The notes: generated from the letters alone by a model not told the origin. DNA of 52,476 bases from Fonticula alba ATCC 38817 (GCA_000388065.2 KB932203.1), one strand, 5' to 3'; shown: positions 1-12,570, counted from the stretch's first letter. Numbers and translations are program-made.

Positions 1-39
1 CCCCCCCCCCCTTTTGCCCTCGCTTCGCGTGCCTCCACC

Positions 40-540
40 ATGCCCGCCCACATCAACTGGCAGTCCTTCCAGCAGGCCGTCGAGGCCATGATCGCCACTT
101 CGCCCGGCTCCGTGCGCCCCCCCCCCTCCTCCTCGCCTTCCTGATCGATCCGCGCCGCCCCCGCCAGCCACCGTGGCCTAACTCCGCGCACCGCCCTCGT
201 CTCGCGGCCCTGCCTGCCGCCCGTGTGCGCGCGCGCGCGCGCGCGCGTGCAGACCACCCTCTCTTCGACGTACACCCACTCCAAGGGGGAAATCACTTTC
301 TCGGCCACCAACCGCGTCCAGGTTCGCGTCGGGCCACCTTTCGATGCGCCCTCCGCCCTCTCTCCCTCTTTCCCCCTCTGCCGCCCCTCAGCTTGACTCA
401 CCCCGTGTGTGCCGCCTGGTTCCATGCCTCCCCCCCCCCCCCAGACACATACCTTCGTGTCGTCCCTGAGTGATGACCTTCGTCGCTACGAGCGCCTCAA
501 TCTCCAGGTGTCGCTCTTCGCCTGTGGGGTGACCGACTGA
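40..540 (+). CDS. SRP9: Signal recognition particle 9 kDa subunit (SRP9/SRP21 family), 3 exons, 78 aa
   Basis: Exons 40-111, 253-321, 445-540 join in phase 0 via GT-AG introns: MPAHINWQSFQQAVEAMIATSPGS|TTLSSTYTHSKGEITFSATNRVQ|THTFVSSLSDDLRRYERLNLQVSLFACGVTD*. Matches the recalled SRP9 pattern (W..F...E.L...P; Y.H..G; ++E+.N). Not present in the ORF track. Confidence 0.8.
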
Positions 541-1015
541 GCCGCACCCATGGCGGGGAAAGGGGAGCCGAGGCCGCCGCCCNNNNNNNNNNNNNNNNNN
601 NNNNNNNNNNNNNNNNNNNNNNNNNNNNNNNNNNNNNNNNNNNNCCCCCCCCCCCCCTCCAATACACCGTGTCATACTTTGCCCCTGACGCGTGGACCGA
701 GACCAAGCAGAAAGCCCCCCTCCCCTCGCTCCGCCTCCGCCGGAGGCCACAGCAGGGCCCAAGAGGCGCACACGGAAAAAACCCGACACAAGGGCAAGTA
801 TATTGCCCCCCCCCGACGCACATGCGCAGGAGGGGGCAGGAGGGGAAAAGCGGCCGCTTCGCAGCGAGAGGAAGGGCAAGATGCCGTACAAGGAGAATGA
901 TGGATGGTCTTCTACAAGGGAAACAGAGAGGAGGCATGAAGCCGGCAACAGAGAGAGAGAGAGAGAGAGGGGACAAAGCACAGGGATGCGCGCATGCCCG
1001 GTTTCAGCACCGCAG

Positions 1016-4000
1016 TCACATTGCCACCGGGGGTGGGGAGTCGGCACTGGCAGCCGGCGACGACCGGAAGGCGTCTCCATCCAGCGACAGGTCCAGGTCA
1101 TCGCCGCCAACTCCGCCGCCGCCGCCGCTGGCGGCGCCCTCCTCTTCCCCGTCCATGGACGGCGACTGGTCCCAGGCGAACCCCTCGTCGGCCGGCGAGA
1201 AGGACACGCTCTCCGGCGACCGGTGAGACGAGGAGGCCGGCCCGGACGAAGCGGCGGCGGAGGACGACTCGCCGGCCGCATGGCGCGCCCGGCTCCCGGC
1301 CGCGGCCTTCCGCCGAAGGCGCGAGCTGGAAGGGAAAGCCCCGGGCTTGATGACCCGGTTCTTCTCCAGCGTGCTGACCACAAACTTGCGGACCTTCTTC
1401 TGGCAGCTCTCATTCCACTCGAGGCGCTTGCGCCGGTTGGACTTCTCCTTGTTGACGACCTCGTGCGTGATCTGTCCTCCGTGTGTATGTGTGTGTGTGT
1501 GTGAGAGAGAGATGGGGAGCCAGATGAAGAGAGAAGGACAAAGGAACCGGAAAAAAAAAGGGAAACGACAAGGACAGGCACTCGTGGCAAGGGAGAAGGC
1601 AGACCCCGCAGGAAAGGGGGGGGGGGGAGACACCCGCCAAAGAGACAGGACGACGCACCTTGCGCGCGAGGTGCTTGAACTTCTCGCGGTCCATCCGATC
1701 CCGGCAGCGGCTCATCAGCCGAATGACATAGTGCGACACCTGTGTCGGGAAAAAAAAAAAAACCCCAGCGGGGCAAACTCCTGTCAGCAATCCCTCGGCC
1801 AGTTCCGGCCCCAACGGGGGCCACGCCCAAAGGTGCGGGGCCCGAAAAAAAGGGGGGGGGAAAAGAAGAAGACAGAGACAGATCCAATGTGTGTACCTTC
1901 TGCAGGAAGACTCGAGTCGCCTTGTCATGGTCGTCGGCACCGGCCGGACGATAGTCGCCAGCTGGCGGCGGTGACTCCGGCAACGGGGCCGACGTGATGT
2001 AGGGGGTTCCGGTGGGGGCCGACTCAAAGCCACCGGCCTCCCCGGGGTAGGAGCTCGCCCCGGCCGGCGCTGCACCGGCCGAGTAGAGCCCCTGATAGGC
2101 GCCGGAGTGGGCCACATACTGCGAATGCTGATCGCCATGCGGACCATACGCCGGGGCAAAGGGCTTGGAGTACGGCTCGTTCGAGCCCGGGCCCGGGGCT
2201 GACCCGTGCATGCCGCCGAAAGAATCGCCCAACCTCGGTGCCGGATACTGCTGCGGCTGCTGCGGCTGCTGCTGCGGCTGATGATGAGAGTGGGAGTATG
2301 GGTGGTGGTGGTGGTGGTGGTGCTGCTGCTGCTGCTGCTGCTGGTGGTGGTGGTACTGCTGCTGGGAGGGGTGCATGTGCGGGTGCACATGGCCCGAGTT
2401 CATGCCGTCACGGTCCCACTCCCGGCGCTCCGGCCCCCCGGCTGGCGGGGGCTCGAAGAAGCCCCGGTCCCCGGCCGAAGGACCCGCATGGTGGTGCGGA
2501 AAGCCGCCGCCCGAGCGGCCACGCTCCCAGAAGTCCCGGGAGCCACGGTCGCGGTCGCGATCACGATCGCGCTCCCGAATGCGGTCGCGCTCGCGCTCGC
2601 GCTCGCGCGCCAGCCGCGACAGGCCCGCCCCACGGTCGCCCCCCAACGAGGGGCTCAGCTCCAAGTGACTGGAGGAGCTGTCGCCGGAGAAGAGCGAGAG
2701 GTTGCGGCCAAGCTCACGCTCGCGCTCCCTCTCGCGTTCGCGCTCGCGCTCGCGCTCACGCTCCTGCCGCAGGAGCTCCGACGCCGGGCCGCCAGGGACC
2801 GACACATCGGCCGCGGAGAAATCACCACCGCGCGTGCGGCTGCCCGGCGTGCCGGCCAACAGCGGCGAGATGGCCCCCCCGCCGACCACCGACGCAAGTG
2901 CCGGCGAGGAAAGCCCCCCCGCCGGGGGCGGAGGGGTGCTCGGCCCGCCCATGGCCCCGCTGCTGCCCTCGGCCGCCTCGCCACCGGCTCCCGACAAATG
3001 GTCCATGCTCGGCACCGGGCTGGTGAAGTCGTTGACCAGATCGGCCGCCTGGCGCAGCAGGGCCTCCACCTCGCGCAAGTCCGCGGCCGCCGGCCGGTCG
3101 GGCCCCGCCGTCCACCGGAGCAGGGCCGCCTCGATTTGGGACACGGCCGCCGTGCGTCGAGCCACCGGCAGCCGCCGGATGACGAAGGCCGCATCGCGCA
3201 CCACCCCCGGCTCGCGCTGGGCAATGGCCGGGTGCTCCAGCAGCCGGGCCAACGGCGGCAGGCCCCCGCGTGCCAAAAACACCCGCAACAGGGACCGCGC
3301 TTGCGCAGCCTCCTGTCCCAGGGCCCCGGTGGCCGACAGCAGGGCCGCCCCCCCGGCGCCGACCATGGACGACGAGGCGGCCGGCCCGCCCAGGGTGTTG
3401 GCCGGCATGCGAGCCTCGCGGATGGTTGCCCGCAGCCGGGCCAGCGTCCGATGGGCCGCCACCACCAGCGCATAATCCGGCCCGGCGTTGCTCTCCGCGC
3501 GGTCCAGTTCCCGGGTCAGGCGCGACACGAGCTTCCGAACGTCCGACTCATTCTTCAACGGGAAGTCATACTGCCACCGGGAGGGGCGCCGCCGCGGGGC
3601 ACAGGCAGGCAGGCAGGCGAGATGGGATTATTATCGCATCCCGGAAGGGGGCGGGGTGCACAGCAGGGAGCCGGCCAATGTGAGAAGGGGCGACGAGCCC
3701 AGCCCCAGAGGGGGGGGGGGGGAGGGGCAAGGGGCACAATGTGTACGCACCATGTCCGCGCGATCGGCGTCATTGTCAAAGTCCCCGTCCACGGCGTCGA
3801 GATCCGGCCCGGCATCCGGCCCGGTGTCGGACGGGCGCCGACCGGCGGCGTGCGGCACGCCCCCCCCGGCAGCCGGGCCGGCCGGATCCACCGGCGACTC
3901 GGCCCCGCCCAGGAGATCCAGATCGCTGGAGGGGGGGTGATTGTAGGCCGATGCCGAGTCAGGGAGTTGCGGCGACCCGGCCGCGGAGGCGGCCTGCGAC

Positions 4001-4466
4001 TGGTCGGCCGAGTCGGCTGCGGCGCGTCGAGATGCGAGTCAGAGATCATGAGCGGGAGGGCGAGGGAGCAAGGTCAAAGAGGGAGGACAAGGGGCCGTGG
4101 GATCTGGGCCGCATGGCCGCCAGTGGCCATCACCACCAGCAGAAGTCCGCCGCCGGAGGGGAGGACGCAGCGAGTCCCAGCACCCTCTGCCGCCTTCGGC
4201 CTCCCTCCCCCCCCCCATCAAGCACGCACTCTTGCCCTTGCTGGCGGCGGCACCGATGACCCCGCGGCAGCTGGGCGTGCCACAGTGGCACACCTGCGCC
4301 CGGCCGTGGCGCTCCAGCTTATAGTCGAATGTGAGCTCCTCGCCGGGGGCAATGTTCTTGATGGCAAAGATCCCGATGCGAACGACCCTGCGCCCCGAGG
4401 AGGGGGCCCATTCCCAGGGGGCACCACAAAGGGGCCGGGCCCGGTGTCAGTCGAAAAAGCCGGACA

Positions 4467-4525
<59 letters not shown>

Positions 4526-5493
4526 TGTGCCTGTAAAGGTGCCGTACCCGTGGACGTCCCACTTCTCGATGATGCAGTTCGGCTCGCAGCTGTGGTTGAT
4601 GAAGCGCGACAGGGACCCGCGCCGGGTAGCGTCGATGATCTGGATGGAGGCATGGTGTCAGCAATCGGCCCCGGCCACGCAGCAGGTCCGGGACGCAAGC
4701 GCCAGGGAGGGGGGAGGCACAGGACATCCCCCCCCCCCCTCCCCCGAGGGAGGGAATGGAGGGATCCCCTTGTGCCTCGGGGTCGCCCTCCCCTCAGCCC
4801 CCCCCCGCCCCCGGAAAGAAGGACAGAAGCCGGCGCCAAGGCCACGCACCCGGTCCGAACTCAGGGACATGAAGTAAAAGTGCCGCCGGCCCTCCACGGC
4901 ATAGGTGTTCATGCGCCGGGTGAATGCCTGTCTGGAGACCACCTCGCCGACATACTCCATGATGAGATCTCCACTGCAGGCCCATGGGGGGAGAGCACAG
5001 GGGAACCGACCGCGGGGCCCATGGCGCCGTATTGAATGCCGTGGCGGAGCGAGGTCAGTCAATGGGAAGGCCAGGCGCCGCTACCTCCCCCCTCGCACTC
5101 TCGCGGGCAGTCGCCGGCCAGCAGAGCCCCCGCCCCGAGCTGCGCCTCGCAAGAAGGAAAAAAAAACCCAGAAGAAATGTTCGCGGCACGCACGGCACCA
5201 GGCTCGAGAGGGTCCGCACACCGACGCCCTTCATCGGCGCGCGGAAGACTTCCACCTTCGAGGCGTACTCCCCGCGGTAGAGGCGCTGATTGAGGCAGTA
5301 TTGCCCGGTGGGACAGAGCTTCGGCCAGCACTCCATCTGCACCGACCGGTTGAGGCAGCTGGACCCACAAGCGGCGTCGCGTGGGTCGCGGTCTGCACGG
5401 GTCACAAGGCGGCGCGGTCAGTGGCCGGGCCCCGGGGAGCGAAAGCGAGGGCCGAGGACAGGGAGGCGGAGGGGCACCCGGCGCCAGCGCCAG

Positions 5494-5532
<39 letters not shown>

Positions 5533-5822
5533 GAGGAGGAGCAAAATGCGACAGAGTGCCACACGGCCGGCTGCGGCGCACCCGGATCGAAGGAGCAGAA
5601 GCAGGGAAAGGGCTCGCGCCGGTTCGGGCGGTCATCCTCATCCGGCTCCGTGAGGATGACGTTCTTCTTGATCTCCAGGAAGGAGAGCATGGCCTTGCGG
5701 ATGACCTCCTGATCGTCCAGGGCGGCATCCGGGTCATCGGGGGCGGCACCCGGCTTGGCGTGGGGCACCGCCACCGCCGCCGGGGACGCCTCATCGGCAG
5801 GGGCCGGGGGGGATGGTTCCAT
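1016..5822 (-). CDS. SET2: Set2/SETD2 histone H3K36 methyltransferase (AWS-SET-postSET ... SRI), multi-exon
   Basis: AWS: [32 protein letters not shown]: [50 protein letters not shown]. PostSET: [14 protein letters not shown]-terminal SRI-like: [27 protein letters not shown]|[16 protein letters not shown]. Start is uncertain; an in-frame upstream exon 6026-5923 is possible. Confidence 0.9.
4468..4527. repeat. (GCGT)n tetranucleotide microsatellite in a Set2 intron
   Basis: About 15 consecutive gcgt units, seen directly. Confidence 0.9.
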
Positions 5823-7366
5823 CTGCGCGGCCGGCGCCGTCCAGCGCCAAGCCGCAATGCACCGGAGGCCAGGGAGTCAGTCGCGCAGGCCCATGGCAAT
5901 GGCAGCAGCCGGGACAACGTACCAGCGGCTCGGTGGCGGACCCAGTCGGGGAGGAGGTGACGCCCGCGCGGTGGCCGGCTGCAGCAACGACAGCGGGCGG
6001 GGAGACAAGCAAGTCCGACACGGTGGCTGAGGGGCGGTGGTGGTGGTGGTGGTGGCGGCGGCGGCGGCGGCGGAGGGGGAGGAGCGCGGGCACAGACAAG
6101 ACAGAAGGAAGATAAGGAAGGGGGAGGGGGAGAGAGGGTGCTGCCGTGGTGGCCGCTCACCCACAGACCACCAGGCCTCCACCTGACCGCCTGGCGGGGC
6201 CCCGGGCCTCCCCCCCTCCAGCCATCCGGCGCGGCCTCGCGGGAGGAAGCGGGGGCGTACCACAGATCGCCTCGGGCCGGCGCCCGCGCGACCAGGGGGG
6301 GGGGGAGGGGCGCCGGACGGATCTAGCCAGCCGCCCGCCGGGAAAATCAATTAAGGAGAGACTAGCATTGACGAGCGGCGCGACCCCATGCCCCGCCCCC
6401 GCCCCCGCCCCCGCCGCGTGCTGCCCAAGGCGGCCGGCGGGCAGCTTGGGCGCCTTTTCGAATAAGCCCGGGGCCGTTTTTTCCGCGCCAAGAGCGCCCG
6501 GCGTCAGCAGGGCGTTGGCGCGCGCGCGCGCGCACACTCGGCCCCGCCCTGCTGCTCCCGGCGTCGCTTGGGCCCGCGGCCGGTACCCGCCGCCCCCGGT
6601 GCGGAGCTTACCTGACCCTCGTGCGGGTGGCCGACGCTCGAAGAGGCCCAATAACCGCCATTGTACCAGCAAGCGCGTGCTTGACGACCCCCCCCGGCCG
6701 GCCCGCCGGAGCCGGGTGGTGCATTGGCGCCTGGGCGGGGGACTGGGCCGGGCGCGCAAAAAGGCGCGCACGGGTAGCACCGGGACCTGGTCCCGTGAAT
6801 GCCACGTGCAGATCCGCTGTTAGGTTCCGTCTGACCTAACGCGCCAGCGTGTCGAGCCGCCGCCGCCGCCAGATCGCTCCCCCTCCGCCGTCCTCCTGGG
6901 GGGGGCCAGAGGGGGGGGGGGCCAGACTCGCCGCCCGGGGCACAGCCGCTGACGTGCGAACGTGCCCACGCGCGCTTTTTTTTCCGAGATCTGGCCGCGA
7001 GCTTGTTTTTTCGGCGATCTCCCCTGCCATGGCCCGGTGGGAGCCTCTTGGGCATGGATCCTCCACACCCNNNNNNNNNNNNNNNNNNNNNNNNNNNNNN
7101 NNNNNNNNNNNNNNNNNNNNNNNNNNNNNNNNNNNNNNNNNNNNNNNNNNNNNNNNNNNNNNNNNNNNNNNNNNNNNNNNNNNNNNNNNNNNNNNNNNNN
7201 NNNNNNNNNNNNNNNNNNNNNNNNNNNNNNNNNNNNNNNNNNNNNNNNNNNNNNNNNNNNNNNNNNNNNNNNNNNNNNNNNNNNNNNNNNNNNNNNNNCG
7301 CAGACACGCCGCCCCCCCCCCCTCCTTCCCTCCTGCCCCCTCCTCCTCCCTCTCGCCCGGCCCACC

Positions 7367-8655
7367 ATGCCATCCAGCGGCCGCGACGCGGCGCCCGGTG
7401 TCCTGTCCGGCGGCACTCTGTCCCCTCTGGCCATCAGCCTCATCGTATGTCTCCCTGCGGGGATTCGCCCCTTCTCGCGCCTCGCCCCCGCCCCCGCCCC
7501 GGCCGTCGTCTCACGCCCATGCGCCCTGGCCTCCGCCGCCCATGCGCCCTGACCTCCGCCGCCCATGCGCCCTGGCCTCCGCCGCCCATGCGCCCTGGCC
7601 TCCGCCGCCCATGCGCCCAGTCTGGCGGTGTGGCCGGGACATGCGTCGACATTGCCCTCTTCCCGCTGGACACGCTGAAGACCCGCCTGCAGCACCCCCT
7701 CGGGTTCCAGGCGTCCGGCGGCTTTCGCGGGGTGTACGCCGGGCTCGGGTCGGCGGTTCTCGGCTCGGCTCCCAGCGGGGCGCTCTTCTTCATGACGTAT
7801 GATCTGCTCCGGCGGCGCCTGGCCCAGGTGCCGGGGTTCCAGCTGGAGGCCGGCGCGGCCGGCGGCCCGGCCCGGCCCAATGTCCTGGGGCACCTGGTGG
7901 CTGCTAGCCTCGGCGAGGTGGCCGCCTGCCTGGTCCGCGTGCCGACCGACAACCTCAAGCAGAACATCCAGGCCGCGCACTTTGCCTCCATGCGGGATGG
8001 CCTGGCCCAGCTGGCCCGGGGGGAGGGCCTCCGCCGGGGGCTCTTCCGCGGCTACGCCAGTACCATTGCCCGCGATGTGCCCTTCACCTGTGTGCAATTC
8101 CCGCTGTACGATTGGCTCAAGCGCCGGGCGGCCGGCTGGCGTGCGGCCGGCCTCGCCGGCGGGGACCTCCGCCCGGAGGAAATCCTCACCGGCCCGGAGA
8201 TGGCCCTCTGCGGGGCGCTGGCCGGTGCCACGGCCGCCGGCGTGTCCACCCCGCTGGATGTGGCCAAGTCCCGCATCATCCTGCATGATCGCGGGCGAGG
8301 CACCGGCCGGGCCGGGCCCGCCCGCCCGCCCCCGGGGGCCCTGCGCATGCTCTGGCAGATCTACCACCAGGAGGGCGGCCGGGTCCTCTTCCGGGGGGTT
8401 GTCCCCCGGGTCCTGTGGATCGGCGTCGGCGGGTCCATCTTCCTCGGCATCTACGAGCAGGGCAATGCCGTACGCCGCCGGGGGGAGGCGCGCCCCACGC
8501 ATCGGACCGGGGGGAGGGGGGGGGGGTCGGCCACCGCCGCGTTCCTTCTCGCCCCCCCCCCCCGGCCCTTTCCTGCCCTCGCGAGCGCATTTCCAAATAC
8601 AGCCACCCTAGACCGCATGTCCGTCGGCACACAGGGAATGGTGTTCCCTCCCTGA
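7367..8655 (+). CDS. PET8: S-adenosylmethionine mitochondrial carrier (PET8/SAM5/SLC25A26 family)
   Basis: Exon 7367-7444 (MPSSGRD..LAISLI) joins 7621 onward: SGGVAGTCVDIALFPLDTLKTRLQ..GGFRGVYAGL, RVPTDNLKQ, RDVPFTCVQFPLYD, TPLDVAKSRI, PRVLWIGVGGSIFLG. Three PxDxxK/R carrier motifs. The 3' end is uncertain (possible donor at 8470, stop at 8611 or 8655). Confidence 0.88.
7514..7620. repeat. 23-bp tandem repeat (cgcccatgcgccctggcctccgc) x4.6 forming the 3' part of intron 1 of the SAM carrier gene
   Basis: Units at 7514, 7537, 7560, 7583 and a partial unit 7606-7620, with no spacers. Confidence 0.9.
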
Positions 8656-9503
8656 TCCAGGGGTTCAGCGGACCAGTCGCGTTGGCTGTTCGGTGTTTCC
8701 CCTTTGTCTCCCTGCTGGCGCGTGCGCCCCTGTCCGCCCCCCCCCCCCTTTCTCTCTCTCCCTCTCTCGGCCGGGTGTGGTCGCGCCCACACGGCTGGGG
8801 AGGGGCGCCGGTGGCCGGACGCAGACCGGGGCCCAGCGTGTGTGTGTGGGTGCCCCCTGCGCCGCCCGGCCCCGCCGCTTCGGAGGTGCTTCCCGTTTCG
8901 GCTGCTGCCAGTGGTCCGGTGGAGCCAGGCGGCGGGGGGGAGCTTCGGTTCCGGGGTTGGGGGGCTTTCGCACGGGGTCCGGCGCCACCTCCCGCGCCCC
9001 CGCGCATGGGGTGGAATGCGCGCTCGCGCGCCCGGGCGCGCGGGACGTTCCCAATTCGGCAGGGCGTCAGACCGCCAACGGTCAGGCCCCCTCCCCCCCC
9101 CTTCCTGCCGAGCCGCGTTCTCATTGTCCGGGCCTCGAGCGTCTGTGTTGGCGGACCTGCCGCACCCCTGCCGCCGGCTGCCCCTGGCCGGCTGCCTCCC
9201 CCCCCCTTAGGAATGAGCGATCTACATCCAGGGGGGGGGGGGGTCCATGCCCTGCCTCTCGGTCCGTCCTCGCACCAGCCGCTGGACAGCACCCGCGCCC
9301 CGTGCCCACTGCCCCGGTGAGGGCGTCCACGCACACACCGCAGACACAAAGCCCTCCTGGGTGGGCGGTGGTCGTGCACTCGACCGGCGTGCACAATCAC
9401 CTGTCCTCCCCCCTCCCCGCCCTCTGCTGCTCCGGCCCCTTGCCTCGGGATCCGTGCCGACGTCCGGCACGTTCGAGCTGGCCCTCCCCGCCTCCCCGCC
9501 ACG

Positions 9504-12114
9504 ATGGATGATTCTCTGCGTATGTCCTGTGCCGGGCCTCCCTCGCTCTCGCCTCCCTCTTTTCTAACCCCCCCCCCTGGCTCTGTGTCCGATCCGGCGA
9601 CGAGTCAGTCTCCGGCAGCGAGCTTGTCCTGCTCATCATCGCCCTGGTGGTCGCCGGCCTCATTTCCTGCTGCCGGTACATGTGCTCTCGTAAATCCAAG
9701 AAGGCCGACGTGCGTTTCCCCCGCCCCCCTCGCGTCCGCATCCCCGCGTGTCCCTCCTCGGGCTGACCCTTCGTCTCTGACGCCCTCTCGCCCTCCGGGC
9801 CATACGAACACACACACGCACACACTCCCGTGCTCATCGCTCCCGTGCTCATCGCTCCCTCCGACCCTCAGAGCCTGCGTTCTTACCTGAAGGGTGCGCC
9901 TTCATCCCCGCTTTGCCCGGGCATCTCCCCTCGCGGTACTTACCTCCCCGCCTCCCATTCCGCCCCTCCCCCCCCCCCACTGCCGCCTTCACACGCAGAG
10001 CTCAAAAAGTTCGGCGAGCCCAAGTACAAGTATAATAAGGACTTCGAGACGGTCGGCTCCTTCTCTTTCACCTACGACGATACGTCGATCTTCGTGCCCG
10101 GGCGCAAGTTCTATGACTCCAAGTTGTACACCCGCTCCAGCTCGGACTATGTCTTCCTGCGCATCCACCGAAGTGCGTGCTTGTAGGCCTCTCCATTCCC
10201 TTGCGCGCTCTCCTCTGATGCTCCTGTCTTCGCCCCTCCCCCCCATCCCCCGGCGCCAGTTCACACCGGGGACAATGCCTTCGCCTGCAAAAACTTCCGG
10301 CGCGAGATGACCATTGCCCAGTGCGTCCCCCTGTCGCATTCTCCTTCCTCCATCTCCTCCTCTCCGCACCTCTCAAGCTCCTTCCTGGCAACGCGCCCTC
10401 ACACCCGATCCCCCCTGGGGCCCCTTTCCACAGGCAGCTCCGAGACAGCCCCCGGTTCATGCGGGTGCTCGGCTTCTCCAGCCCCGTCCCGATGGTCATC
10501 TACGAGTATCTGCCCATGACTCTGGCGGCCTTTGTCGCCTCGCCCGGGGTGCTGCCCTTCTTCGACGCCTTCTGCCTTTTCCGCGATGTCTGTGCGTCGG
10601 CTCCGCTCCTCCCTCCGCTCTTTCTGTCCCTCCCGCTCACTGCGGCCCCCCCCTCCCCGGTCCTTCTTCTCCGCGCGCGCTCTCTCTCTCTCTCTCTCTC
10701 TCACCACCACCACCACCACCACCACTAGGCATGGCGCTCTTCGAGATCAACCGCATGGGGCACTGCTTTGGCGCCCTGTCCGATGAGTTCGTCTGGATCA
10801 AGCCCGCGCCGGCGGGGTCTCCCTCCCCCTGGATGGCGGTGCTGGGAAGCTTCCACCTGGCCATGGATGCCAAGACTTCCATGCTGGCAAGCCACATCCT
10901 GTCCGACTGCCCGCGGCTCTTCATCGCTCCCGAGGTACATCCCCTCCCGCCGGCCCGTCGGATGGTCGCTTTGCCTCTCCCCGCCCGACGTGGCTGCTGC
11001 GTTCGCACTCACCCCCTCCCTCCTCCCTTCGGTCTTCATCATCGCCAGGTCCACGCCGCGGCCGAGGCCGGGTTCAATGTCTCCGGCAAGGACTTCTTCT
11101 ATTCGGACATCTTTTCCCTGGGCACGGTTGGCGCCACCCTCCTCCAGCGCTCGGTCCCATTCCACGGTGCGCATCCTCCCGCCCGCCTGCCTCCCGCCCG
11201 TCTCCTGCACCCCCCTGCCTTTTGATTAGCCCCCCGCGGCTGACCCTCTGCTCATCCCCCCCCGCCCCCCCCCCCCCGGTCGCACAGACTCTTCCCTGGA
11301 GGTGGCGACCGCCAGCATCAAGAGCAGCATCGAAATCGTGTTCCCCCTGCCGGAGGCCGAGGCACACATGCACATCCCGCATGGGTTCCTGGCGGAGCTG
11401 CTCAACAAGTGCCGACTGGCCGATCCCAATCTCCGGCCGGACCTGATGACCGTGCTGACCGAGGTGGCACGCATTTTCGCCACTCCCCCCTTGGACCGCC
11501 TGTCGCCCGAGGACTTCCGCCAGGCGCCCGACGGCAGCCTATTCTCCGTGGTCATTGAGAGTTACCACCGCGAGCCGGTGGTCAGCCTGGCTCCCACCCC
11601 CGAGAAGCCCGATGACATGGTCGACTCGCCGGGGCTGTCGCGGGTCACCTTTGCCGATCCTCCCCACGACGAGCACCATGGTCTGCCGTATGACCCGGAG
11701 GCCTACCCCATGGGCGAGGTGGTACACTCCCCTTCCGGACCCGGGCCCAATGCCTACATCCCCATGCCGACCGTGCCCGGGGGATCGGCCCCCGCCTTTG
11801 CTCCTTACCCGCCGCCCGGTGGCGCGGCGCCCTACCCGCCTGCCGGTGGCGCGGCGCCCTACCCGCCGGCCGGTGGTGCCGCGCCCTATTCGCCACCTGG
11901 TGATGCCGCGCCCTACCCGGCGCCCGGTGGTGCCGCGCCCTACCCGGCGCCCGGTGGTGCCGCGCCCTACTCGCCTCCATCCACAGATGCGAGCTCCTCT
12001 CCGCCACCCTCTGCCGATGGGCCCTCCTCTCCGCCGCCCCCCGAGAACATCACCTACCCGCCGCCCGACGACAGCGGTTCCCCTCCGGGCGATGCCCCCC
12101 ACTCGCCCCACTGA
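9504..12114 (+). CDS. Single-pass membrane protein kinase-fold protein, probably a pseudokinase, 9 exons, 560 aa
   Basis: Exons 9504-9519, 9609-9709, 9872-9893, 9999-10172, 10260-10320, 10434-10591, 10729-10934, 11049-11166, 11288-12114 are all phase-compatible (1683 nt). TM LVLLIIALVVAGLISCC followed by RKSKK. Kinase hallmarks: FRREMTIAQ, RFMRVLGFS..MVIYEYLP, FIAPE, SDIFSLG, KCRLADPNLRP. Confidence 0.82.
11812..11975 (+). repeat. Coding 27-bp (9-aa, P(P/A)(P/A)GGAAPY-type) tandem repeat x~6 in the pseudokinase tail
   Basis: Translation YPPPGGAAPYPPAGGAAPYPPAGGAAPYSPPGDAAPYPAPGGAAPYPAPGGAAPYSPP. Confidence 0.88.
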
Positions 12115-12570
12115 AGAAAAGCATGATCCTTCTCCTGATCCCGACAGGGCTGCCCCCCCTGCCCCCTTCTTGTGGTCGTGTGTCCTCCCTCCCCGCCGCT
12201 TTGTCCGGTCGCCTCCCGGTGCATGCCGGAGCCCCGCGGCTTGGCCCCCCTCGCGCCCGGCCGGACACGACACGGCGCGCGGTCAGCACCTGGCCGCAAT
12301 AAATCCAATGTTCCAGAACGCCCAATCACGCGCGACCCTGGGTTCACACGCTCTGCCGGCTGTTTCAGACGTCCGTTGGCACTCGCGCGCCCCTGCCGCC
12401 GGCCAGGCGGGCCGGAAGTCGCCCCCCCCTCCCCCGCGCGCGCGCGCCCCCTCCGCACCTTCTCCCCAGCTCCATCTCACCAATCCGCCGGCAGAGATCT
12501 CGCAGGTGGCCCATTTTCCCCGGCAGTCAAAGGCCGGGATGGGGTGGAGGGGCTAGGCGCCGCCGATCGG

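Noticed and set aside
7514-7620. 23-bp repeats as a CRISPR array
   Set aside because: The units are contiguous with no unique spacers, lie in a eukaryotic intron, and no cas genes are present.
9826-9856. 15-bp direct duplication cccgtgctcatcgct x2 in a pseudokinase intron
   Set aside because: It looks like a simple slippage duplication, with no element between the copies to make it a target-site duplication.
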